Shown: piece after piece, positions 25,624 through 38,100 of the stretch
How positions within the stretch are numbered: the stretch's first letter is position 1
Layout: each line of letters opens with the position of its first letter
NCBI GenBank assembly: GCA_040954595.2
Contig: CM082585.2
Span: forward strand, 5,605,808 to 5,669,807
Direction of reading: 5' to 3'
DNA: 64,000 nucleotides
From: Balanoglossus misakiensis
Taxonomy: Eukaryota; Animalia; Hemichordata
The notes under the pieces: model-generated
What the model saw: only the letters and a program-made list of their open reading frames with translations
What the model was told of the DNA's origin: nothing
Database searches by the model: none
Program-made: the position numbers and the translations under genes

Positions 25624-27149
25624 GTACCTTGCAATGATGTAGACATCAATCCAGATACTAGTAATTCATAAAAGTGTACAGTTTTTAATGATCGTGTATA
25701 TGTTTTTATAAAATTGGAATTTTCACGTTTGCATTGATCAGGGAGTATTGGTGTGACATGTACATGAACTTGTTCATCTACTTGTTCATTTAAAATTTTA
25801 CTTAATTCATTTTATGCTAAAAATGCAATCTGGCTGTGAAAGTGGTCAGAAATGGCCAAGGGCAGCTTCCTGTCAACTTTAAGGTTAAAATTTCTACTTA
25901 AATGTGAATAAAAATGGAACATGTTTTACATGTTGTACTTAATTTTAATTATTAATCATTTTCAGTTGTTATTTTCATACAATGTTTATGAATTGACAAG
26001 AGGTGTCCCAGATACCCGGTTCGTGCAACATGTCAGAGCGCCCCCTAGTGTCTAAAGTGGATTTCCTCGAGGCCTCCCTCACTGTTACATTGATCAATGC
26101 ATTATCACGGTGATTACATATCCTGGATTATATTCCTAAAAAGACTGCCAATTCATGTTTATTTTGAATGCCAAAATGTTATAAATCATTGTGATGATAT
26201 GAGAATAGTGATTGCATTGCATTCTGTTATCTTTCCATGTAAATGGGTTTATTGGACAAAGCGGGAAATATTTGGAGCAAACAACAAATCACACAGCAAG
26301 ATATCTGGAAACCAATTTATTGTCACCAGAAAAAATGATAGCTGATGATAAGAGAGCAGCTCAGTACATAATTAATTGGCTTCCACTCGTTCACATCCTG
26401 CTGTTTGATTTGTTGTTTTTGCATGTAGATGTTGCTGTCAAGTCAATTAACGTTAGCAACTAACATGGTAAATTTTGGAACAAATTTACAAACCTATTGT
26501 AGTACTGTTACTTTTGTAACATTTTATCCTAAGTGTAAAAGCTAACAAACAAGCTGACTTATACTGATAATCAGATTTTTCTAGGGCTGGTTCTTCGGGT
26601 TTCAGGAAAGGGTTGTGAACTGTAGTTTCATTTGAAGGGAATTTATTATTTTGTACTGTATCAGTGTGTGTCAATAATAGCAACATTGCTTAGTAAAGAC
26701 CTTTTTACATATTTTATATACATTTTATCAGGTGCTAATAAAACGAGCAAATGCTACTAATATTTTGGTCTATGTTTTGTTTACAGGGGAGTGAATGAAG
26801 CAGCTGTTTCATATCTGTACTCATGATTAAATTTAGAGGATGAAGATTTTGTTTGTCATGACACAAAAATCATAAATGTACTAAAAAATTGTCTGTTTGA
26901 AAAAATGTTTTCTGTTTGTCGACTTGCTTTTCTGCAAGCTACAGTCACTAGAGAAATTCATTGCCGCTAAACATGTTTGCCTACATATACTTGAATTGGC
27001 ATAAAGTATTCACAGTTGAATCCTTTGTGCAATAGTGTGACTGGTGGTGGTCACGTCAAACACGAAACTCCATTGAAGGGGTTGGCTGTGAGATATTTAA
27101 ATGAGATTTAAAGTTGCTATTTTGCATACCATAATTGCGTCAGCTGCAC

Positions 27150-27240
27150 CGATTAACCAATCAGGTGAAAGCGTCCAAGCGGCGCTATTTCGCGGGGTTT
27201 TTCAGCTGCCATTATTTTTCCGCGAAGTCTTTTGAAACTC
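27150..27240 (+). promoter_or_regulatory. RB1 proximal promoter with CCAAT, E2F-like and CHR-like motifs
   Basis: CCAAT 27157-27161; TTTCGCGG 27188-27195; TTTCCGCG 27217-27224; TTTGAA 27231-27236; about 120-200 bp upstream of the ATG. Confidence 0.6.
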
Positions 27241-27352
27241 CGCCTCATTTTCATAAAGATCTACTTGATTTTCTGGTAATTAGATTCATGGCCTGTGCCC
27301 GATCGCTTGTTTAGACGTCCCGCGACTTACTTGTGAAAAGCCTCAGCCGACG

Positions 27353-30300
27353 ATGGCGACATCGGCTGTTTTTCGGAATTCGCCACAGGGACACAGGTGA
27401 GTGAAAATCGCCGACATTCTCAAAATCGAGGACAAGCTTCGTGAAGCCCTGTACTGTTGTTCTCTCGACTAGTCACTACTATTATAAATATTCATTAACT
27501 ATTAATTGCACTATTGTATAGGAAATAATAATGATTCGGGAATAATACTGGCGTATATGGACGCCGGATTTTTGAAATCTTTTAAGTTGCATTTGATCGG
27601 GAAATCATAAGTCATGGACTTTATGGTGTATAGTACGCCAGCATTTTTACCGGACGTTTCACATACTCGGAAATAAAATAGAAACCTGTCTATACTGTGG
27701 ACAATGTCAAGTTTTAGAAATTTATAGTATATTCTGTCGTATAGTATGGGTAATATTGGCTTAGTCGGTGCGATTGTGGGTCATCCAGAAAATTTCTAGC
27801 AGCTTTTGTTTTCCCCTCCCTCTACAGTCTGAGCGGCCAGAACGGCGCGGGGCCACAACTTGACAACAACAACATGGCCGTTCTCAACGACCCAGATGAA
27901 CAAGAAAAGGAGTTCAGCTCCGTGACGGATAAAATAAACATTCCAAGTGATGTCAACAGCAGGGCCCTGGAATTGTGGCTCAATTTACTCCACACGGGAA
28001 GACAGGAATTCCAGGTGAGGGTGAAAACAAATAAATATTTGTAGGTCAAGGGAGTGTTTGTGACGTCATACCCACATATATTGATGATGCTAACGACCTT
28101 TACAGCATAGGGAGACTCCCGGGATTTTCAAAAGCGGAATATCTCACGTCATGTTTAAATTTAGCAGAAATTATTGGTTTTTGCCTGTAACAGCTTGTAA
28201 CGTGTGCGCAATTTACAATAAATATAAACCATCTTTGAGTTCGCTCCCTGCACTGAGCCCTGAGGCATTTCAATTATAATGATTTACGTATTCATATGGT
28301 GTACATCTTATAATATAAATAGTCTTAAATTTTTGGTTTTCTGAATTGAGCCTAAATTTGTATGTGTTAGTTTATAGGGTCACAATTCACCACCACCATT
28401 TTGGCCCAAATCCATTATTTTATATTGGAAATAAATTGAGTGAAAAGTTAATTTTGTCACAAAACCAACTTTGCTTGGTTATGTAGCAGGGACTAGTGAT
28501 GCAGACAGTGACTATTAGGTTCTCGAGGGCAAAGTAATCTTGTGCTATAAGAGTGATAAGTGAATGATGGAATGTTATATAAGAGTCTGCATGTGATCAT
28601 CCCATAATAATAATGTGTGTACTGTACTGTACTGGTAGTGGATTATCGATAAAAACCTGATTTCAAAAGCTAGAAAGTTAATACCTACCTCAAAATGTCT
28701 TTAAAAAACTAACTTGACTATACCCAGATTTATTTTTAATTTATTTAAGTAACACTATATGCCACCTGTTGGAGCTCTGGAAATATTCCATTGTTTTTAT
28801 GAGCTGGCACTTATGCATTATTTCCATGATTTTCTCCTAAACTTACATTGGTCCATTTAAATATAAAGCCTACTTGTAGGTATACAATGATGTATTATGA
28901 ACCTGCGTTTATGGCTGTATATTTAAACATGAAAAACAAATGAAATGATAAACTGGTGCCACACCCGTGCATGCTTATCTTGCATGAGTGCACAAATATC
29001 ACAAACTATTCAACTTTCCAGAATATTAATGTTTCAGATTCATATTGTTTATTCTTTGTTCTACAGAGTGACCATCAGACATGGATTATATGTTGCATTT
29101 ACATCGCTGCACTGGAAGCCAAGTAAGTTACTTTTGATGGTAGAGATTTAAAATAAAGGACTTTCACCCTGTCTTCAGTTCAATTGATCATCTGCCGCGA
29201 CTGGTAGAAAGCTGATCCTATACAAATTAACAAATGGAGATTACCTCATCCATTTCCTGTGTGCATTCAGCTTTCTAATGAAGTCTGGTGTTAAACTTTA
29301 TCCCATCTGGTTAAAGTAAAGCTAACTCAGTAATTACCAGAGGGCCCCCCCAAAAGGAAAGTGGCAGGGCTGTTTTCCTAGAGGGCACACTGACTGACAA
29401 TGTCAGTGATATCAGTCAATGTTCATACTAATTTCTGACCAGTGTTGGTTGTACACAGTGATATCCAGCAAGAAATCTGGCCATACTGATACATATACCA
29501 TTAATCGTGAAAGGATCCCAAAATTATACTTCACCTGATAGGGTCAGTGTTTACCTCTTAGGCATTGTATTCAAATCAAACAGTTAAAGTAAACAAAGGA
29601 ACCACAAGTTTGGCACTTTTCCAGGAAAGATAATTCTCCCAAGGTTGTTTCCACGCACACAAACATTGCCACGCTGCAATGATGTAACATATTTTGATTT
29701 ATGGTTTTCATCTTTGCATCACTTAGTCTTTGGGATAAGATGTCTACATTTATATTTATAAGATGTAGAGATCACAACATCACATTCAGTTATCATCAGT
29801 TTACGTTTTTTTTGTTATATTCTATATTTATGAATGATTGAAGAAACATGATTTTGTCCCGCAAACCTAATTTGCCACCTGCAAAACTTAAAAGATATCC
29901 ATTTGAAATCAGGTCAAAAATGCAACAAATTCACCTGCTATTAATGGAGATTGTACTCTTGTATGTACCCTGAGGACAAGTCCAGATTAATGATATTATC
30001 TCTGTATCATTTCTCATATTCCGATATTTCAAAAATTGGCTTTTAATATCATGATTCATCCAATCACAGTGTCTTGGCCTTTCGTGGGGAAACACTTGAT
30101 TTATCGTATTGCTGTATTCATTTTCTCGGTAGTGGGTCCGCTAATGCTTTTAGAGTCATACCCATCATTGGGAGGAATATGACTTTTTTTTTTTTTGCCA
30201 AGATCATGCTTATTTATGACTGTCATCCAGTTTGCATTCACCAATTACGCTTCAGAAAAATTGCCATAAGGCCCGACTTGTGTATATGATATGATGCAAT

Positions 30301-32103
30301 ACAATACTGTAAAATTAAAAATGGGTTATTTTCGTGAGCAATAAATTTTCGCGAAATACGCGAGAGCCAAAAAAACGTGAAAATAAAAAGTCGCGTAAAA
30401 TGTTTTTCGGTGATAACGATGCAGTTAGTGAAATACGAGAATGCAAAAATTAATCCTCGCGTAACAGTTGCCTCTTTAGATATCACGAAAATTTCCTGTC
30501 GCAAAAATAACTCGTTTTAGAGTATTTCATGATGGATGCCATGGGAAACGAAAATAGAAAGAAATAATGGGATTAAAAACTTCCAAACATAATAGGAGTA
30601 TCCTTTTATTTCATGTATATTGTCATTTACTTGAGTTAGCGTCATATTATCTTATCTGAAAAGCAGTTCATGAAATATTTAACCCGACTTCACAAAAAAA
30701 TCCATATCCCTGTATCTTTTCTGTGAGCTAGACGAACACGGTTAAAATTTGAATGCGAAATCGGCAAGAAGACAACTCGGTACCAGGCACTTGTCGACCG
30801 GTGACTGTCATCGATCAAAATCAGCCACACGCAGAAAACTTGGCCCCTGGGCCGTTTTAAGATGGCTACATCAATCAGAGACCATGTTTCTTTTCTCAGT
30901 TTCTGTCCGTGGCAGACCCTCACCGTACATTAGCACATTGCATAGGGCTTATGACTTTTTAAATCATAGGATTTTTCTCACTCCCATCTGCCTTCGATAT
31001 CACTCGCGTGTCATTACTAATATCACTGGTCAAATATAATAAGAAACAGGAAAATTCCCATTTATTATCCCCCCCGGAAATCTTCCAGCATGGAATTATT
31101 AATCACTGTCTTAAAATATCCTAGATGCCACCTCCTCCGTCCTTAACTCTTTCACCACCATGGTTCAGTCCAAACCCATTGTTTTCTATGGTAAGGTTGG
31201 ACCTCTAAAGAGGAAACTGGGGGGGGCGAAAGGTATAAAATGTAACTTCCCTAGGAGGTAATTGCCAGTTGCAACATTCGACCCATTTGCAGTGAGAGTC
31301 CAGGGCACCACGAGGAATTATATTTATATAATGTATATTACCTTAATTGAATTTCAATGTTATGTCCATTGAAACATGGTTTTTAAAATGCTCTGTCTAG
31401 ATTGAAAAGGTTGTCGTAGATGACATTGCGCCAAAGTGCAGTGTGTTCGCTTCAGAGTCTGTGAAGAAATGTACGTGTAATGTTATGATATCAGTATGTT
31501 TTGTTCTTGGGGAACATCTTTAAATATCTTGTACATATATATTTGACGATTCTTCTGCAACTATCCTGTCTGCAGAAACTCTTATTTCCAAGGTTATACA
31601 CGCACAAGTCTGCGGTAAGGTGCGACGCAAAATTATTGCATCACACAAATTGTTTGCTACATAGGTAATCGTCCCGTGAACAGAGACGGTTTTGTTCCAT
31701 ATGGTCTGTCTGTCTGATGGTGAGATATAATTATACCTGGTACCCGCTATCTATATTTTCGGCTGATCCTATTGTTTCTGCTTACACAATGCCCGAAGTT
31801 GACCTTGCAGGAATTGTTTCTGATTATTGGATCAATTGTCTGGAGGTCAGGCAGGTGTGACCACGTTTTGAGAGAAGAATGAAGTTGTGTCCCGAGTGTT
31901 TCTCCCAGGATAGTAAAAGTTGCTTATTTCCATAACACTGCAATATGCTAAAGAGTTGTTTTGTTTTGGTTTGCAAAATCAAATTGTGCCAACTTTGCTT
32001 CAGTTGCTCTGCAGAGAACGCTACGTCCAAAGATTGTCTGATGATCGTCACAACTAACCTCATCGGTCACCTCAACAAAAACTTTGATCTACATAGATAC
32101 ATA

Positions 32104-32138
<35 letters not shown>

Positions 32139-35100
32139 TACATACATACATACATACATACATACATACATACATACATACATACATACATACATACATA
32201 CATACATACATACATACATACATACATACATACATACATACATACATACATACATACATACATACATGCATACATACATACATACATACATACATACATA
32301 CATACATACATACATACATACATACATACATAGACACACATACTGAAGCAAATTAACATACATATCAAAGTTTTTCATCTTTGAAAATATCGATCTTGGC
32401 ATGATGCCACAAATGGCATGCCGTGTCAAATAAATCACTTTCAATGACAACGTTTTTCGGTATTGTCATTTGAACTGCAATGTGCATTAGCGACAACAGT
32501 TGTGCATTATTACTGGGCAGATTAAAAACTAACAATCTTGTCCAGTTTGATTAATGATTTTATGAACAGTTGGAGGTCAAACCTGTTAGCGGTGTCCTTG
32601 AAAACTATGGGAGTACCTGCCAAGCCAGCCTTTTGATCACTTTGTCTAGGTGTGACAGCTGCCATCATTCTTGTGGAAGCTTTATTTCCTGTTAATTATG
32701 ACACATTATGTTTGTGGTGTGTTTATTCTGGGAAATCGATATCTAGGAGTGTGGAAGTGTCTGGTTATTGCGTTTCTGTATCATAAAGTTTGAGTAGAAT
32801 GTTAGAAAAAATTTAAGGTGCATATAACCTTAATTAGTGTCCAATCCTCCATGATGTGTGTTTCATACCAAAAATAACTCTTCTTTGATGACCAAACCTT
32901 TAACCCTTTCACCCCCAGTTCCTTCTTTAGAGGCCCAGCTGTACCATAGAAAACAATGCATTTGGACTGAACCATGGTGGTCAAAGGGTTAAAGAGACAC
33001 ATAGCAATACCACTCAGACCACTGTTCCCCTTTAAACTTTAAAATATGCGATAATTTTGTAATTAATGGGAAATATTCTGACTTTCTTGAAAATTACTTT
33101 GTTACATTGCAATAATGAAAGGCCAGCGTAAATTGTTGAACCCGTTTCTTGCGCTGTGGCTAGCATGCAGTTACAACTCTTGTTTACACAGCCTATAAAA
33201 TAACCTTTGTGACAGATAGAGTTGACTCCGGTTGAACATATGTCGTTTTGTCTAATTGTTTGCAGGTTTGCGACCAGAACTGATGGGAGTGGTGGTAAAG
33301 TGTCTTTTGAACAGCCTTGCATTACATTGACAGATCTACTTCAAGTGGCTGATATGAAGTAAGTGCTCCAAAAATAAATGACACCCATTTCCTGGTAGTC
33401 ACGATCACGCGCATAAACATTCAAAAATCACAAGTTGGTACTAGTCTTATATTTTTTTATTTTATTTTTTTTTTCAGCAGAAAAATGATTTATGTGACCA
33501 CCTTGAATTTTGGTGTGCTGTGTGTTTTGAAATTTTGTAATTTTATCCTACACAGACAGAAAAATAATTTGAATGACCTTGAATTTTTTCTGTGAAACAT
33601 AATGTAAATTTAAATAGTCTGCAAGCAGAATAATGGCTATTCACTGAAATTTGATTATCAATAATAAAAAATGCAAACAGTTCATGTCAGGTTGCACGGA
33701 TGTACCAAATACTTCATAATTTCAAAAGAGGTATTGGAAAAGAAAATTCTAAACAAAATGCTAATATTTTTGCACATAGTACATGTACCTCTGTAATGCA
33801 AAGCAGTGCACCGTGTTACTATTGGTAGTGCTTTGGGTAATTACATTGAAATCTTGAATTATTTGTACTGTTGTACAAGTTCACAATATTATAATTTCTT
33901 AAATTAATGTTTTGTTTTTTAATTTTTTATTGGTATATCTAGAACAATTTATCAAATTCTAGTTTACGTTTGTTTTATTCGGACAGATATTAAAAGGCGG
34001 TCATGATGTTAATACATTATTGATTTAGGGCACTTGCCTCAACAGAAATTGAGTGCATCTCAGCTGTATTCATTTATGCAGGGCTCTCTGAAAAAATATG
34101 CCTCTTTCTATTATTAATCTCACTTTTTATCAATGCTTTTCATTTCACCAGCATTGTGACGTTCTATGAGAAGATCCGATCTGTACGAAATGAATTTACA
34201 ATCACGGAGCATGTGCAGATGCATCTGATGAACATCGAAAGGAAATTCATAGTAGTGGCTCCGCTGTACAGTAAATTTGAAAAGTAAGTACTTGAAAGAC
34301 GTAGTTTTGTGCGACAAAAATTAAAATAACCTCAAGACATCAAAAAATTAGATTGTAAATTTGCTTGTGTTTGTAATACAGCTAGATGTCAATCTTTCTT
34401 GATATAGACTTGAGAAATAATTTTCATCTTTTTCACAGTGATTGCTGATGTTTTTGTTTGTGTTTTTTCCCTCTTTCCCCCCCTTGATTAGAATTTATCA
34501 CGATGTCTTCCAAGATGAACAAACCGGGTTTAGCAACGGTGCTAATTCTCCCAGTCAAGAGTCGAGTGCTAGCGTCCGAATGAAGTCCTGTTGGTGTCTG
34601 TTTATTCTTGCCAAAAGTAAGTAATTTCGGGACACGTTTGCAGTGGAAAGTTCAGATCTGCAGTTTTAGACTGGACATGGAAACTAGAATCAGTTGGTCT
34701 GTGGTATTCAGAAAAAAAATTATCCCCCCAAAATTTCTTAATTTTAGACATGGCACAGTAACTTGAACTTAACGGAGTCTGTGATGTAGCAAAAAAAGAA
34801 AAAAAGTATTTCATTACAAAAATATCTTCAAGATAACCTGTTGTCTTGGATTTTTTAACAACAGTATCCGGTAACAATTATTTCAGTTAAACGTGCATAT
34901 TCTTCAGTTACTGTAGTACATATTTTTCTGTATATTGCTGTAGGAATGATTTTTTAAGAATGAGACATTGCATTTAAATATCTTTATTTGCCATCTGCGT
35001 GCAAATAGGTTTTCTGAGAAATCAAAGAAAAACAGGTTTTCTGAGAACTTGAAAAAATAGGGTATCAGAGAATTTGGATAAAATTACTGTTAGTATAAAA

Positions 35101-38100
35101 CATGAAAATATAAATCACCATACCTTGAGGAAGAAAGCAACTGGAAATCAAGTTCATGTCTTTACATAGTATAAATATATATTTATTTTCACATTGTGAG
35201 AGGGTTTTGAATAATTTGGTGACGGCAAGACAATTGTCAGGAAACATTCAGATGTCTTTCCTTAAAGGGGAAATCCGCTGTAGCTGATTTCTACATAATT
35301 TGGTAGCTTTGATGTCTCTCTTTCAGAAAAAAACATATTCGCCATGTATAGGTCGCGCGATTGTTTACAAAATCTAGGGAAAGTTGGCAGAATTTCCAAT
35401 ATGGCGTTTACTGTAATTTGAATCATGGGAAAAAAAGCGCCAGGAGCAACTTCCGCCCACCATGGTGTGGGTGATACCATTCTCCGATTGGTGTCACTGG
35501 GCGACAGAATAGGCGTATTTTCATAGCTATTGCTTGTTCTTTGCATCAGTTGATAAACAATCATCAGCAAAGTCGAAAATTTGTCATCTATTGACAGTTT
35601 TCATGAGCTATAACCCATGAAAAATATGCAAATACGCTTAGCTTGTGACACAGTGACACCAATCGGAAAATGGTATCACCCACACCAAGGTGGGCGGAAG
35701 TTGGTCCTGGCGCTTTTTTTCCCATGATTCAAATTACAGTAAACGCCATATTGGAAATTCTGCCAACTTTCCCTAGATTTTGTAAAAAATCGCGCGACCT
35801 ATACATGGCGAATATGTTTTTTTCTGAAAGAGAGACATCAAAGCTACCAAATTATGTAGAAATCAGCTACAGCGGATTTCCCCTTTAAAAACCTGTCAGA
35901 AATAGGTAACAATGTTAGTGTTGCATGCACTATGACTAAAACTGTCTTCTTTTTCATTTTCAGCTCTTTTACTTCAGAATTGCAATGAACTGGTGCTGCC
36001 ATTTCAACTGTTACTTTGTTGTCTTGATCATGCAATCAGAATGTCGCCAACATTCCTCCTCAAACCACCCTACGGTAAGTGTGTCTTCGAAACAGTCGTT
36101 TATTTGACCCAAGCCGTGACCTTTACATCCTGGCATTTATGTAACCTTACATCCTTGCCAGACTTATCATGTATTGCAGAAAAATGTATCAGGAAATAAA
36201 AACCAAAATAATGAAAAAATGTTTGTTCTTTAATGTAGGTGTCTGAAATTTATTATTTGTATTGCATAAATTACTACCATAAAATTCAAACCAAAATAAT
36301 GAAAAACAAATCTTTGTTTTATGTAGACACGGCACAAATGAACCATTATGCAACGTCCGTGGTGTCAGAAAGTAACAGCAACAGTTTGAGACTCCTCTGT
36401 GAGAAGTTCAGCTGCGATCACAACGATGTGCTCACTGTACTCAGGGATTACTGGCAACAATTCTTGGAGACCATACCCTCGGAGAAACTGCATCAGGGAA
36501 TTGACGGCCTTCCGGAGGTAAGGGGTTGTTGGAGGGGGGGAGGAGGGAGGAAAGATGAGGGAGAAATGGAGGGAGAGGGGCAGAGAAACTGCATTAGGGA
36601 ATTGATGGCCTTCCAGAGGTAAGGGAATATTGGAGGGGGAGGAAGGAAGGAAGGAAGGAGGGAGGAAAACAGATGGAGAAGTGGACCGAGAGGGGGCATA
36701 GGGAAAGAAGGAAATAGGGAGAGGTAAGAAAAATGGGGGTTTGGAAAGATTGGGGGACAAGGGCGTGTATTACTGCTCGGATGAAATTTAAATCCAGCTG
36801 AAATTTTGTGAAACAATTTTTGGTAGACTCTGATCTTCTGACACAGTCAGTTATTTTAGACTTGTGTCTTGATAACAATTTGTGTAAAAAAATTGACTAT
36901 TTTCAAAAGCAATGTTTATCAGATGACTGGGGTGAGACGTCTTCTAAGTGAGCACCTCTGTATGAAATGTTAGAGAAAACCGACATGCTGGGATGTCTAA
37001 TTGTCAGTGTGTTTTGTTTTTCCATAGCTGAGTTTTCTAATTGAACAGTACAGGGAAGTTTATCAAACACTCGGTGATTTCAACGAAATACTCTTTCTTG
37101 AACACGATCCTCATTTACTGCCAGTCACACACACAAGGTAAGATTCAATCAATGTTTCATTTCGAAAAAAAAATAATAAGGCTCACAGCACAAGAGCCTT
37201 CAAAGCTTCAGAATTGAAGTATCAAGCACCATGATTTCCCTGTACACAAGGACTACTAGTCCCCAAACCTCAATAAAATGACACAGCATTGAAAACTCCA
37301 TGGTCAAACCACAGTATTTGTGGTGAAGAACCTTCATTATTAAACCACACACCAAGGCCTAACCCCTGAGGGGAAACCACAATGTCAAAGCACAGTGACA
37401 AAGACCTTGATTTTCCACGTACATGTACTACTGTAAAACACTTTATTTTTGCGAGTTAAAATTTTCGCGATATCGAGAGAGGCTGCACTGTTTTGCGAGT
37501 ATTAATTTTCGCATTCTCTTATTTCATTCACTGCATCGTTATCTTGAAAAAAACATTTACGCGACTTTTTTATTTTCACGCTATTTTGGCTCTCGCGTAT
37601 TTTGCGAAAATTTATTGCTCGCGAAAATAAAGTGTTTTACAGTATATCAGCCTTACTGGTTAAAAGAATATGAGGAGTTCAACAGTATCGCCAGCAACAG
37701 CTAACCAGTCAGATTTTGCACACCGCTTTTCTTGATACAACACCAGATTCTATAGAATGTGGTTTTAGTGAACAAAGAAAGAAATTTCACTGAATTTTTT
37801 TATCAACAAGCTAAATACATGAATGATATAATGAGCCAAAATAAATATTATGACTAGTTTTTTCTGCAGGCAGGGCATTCAGACAATATTATTTTTTTTA
37901 AAATTCATTTTAACTTGCTTATTATTTATGCTGAATTGAAAATAGGACTTGTCAAAACTTGCCAAGTAGATTGTACAGCGTAAACAGAAATATTCCACCA
38001 TTTCAAATTTGTAGGATTTTGGGCATGTTAAATCTCATTACAATAGTCTGAATGTACATAGTTTGATTTTGAATGAATATCACAAAATGTGACTTTGTAT

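Noticed and set aside
35262-35888. Two near-identical ORFs on opposite strands as a duplicated gene
   Set aside because: They are the two arms of a transposon inverted repeat inside an RB1 intron.
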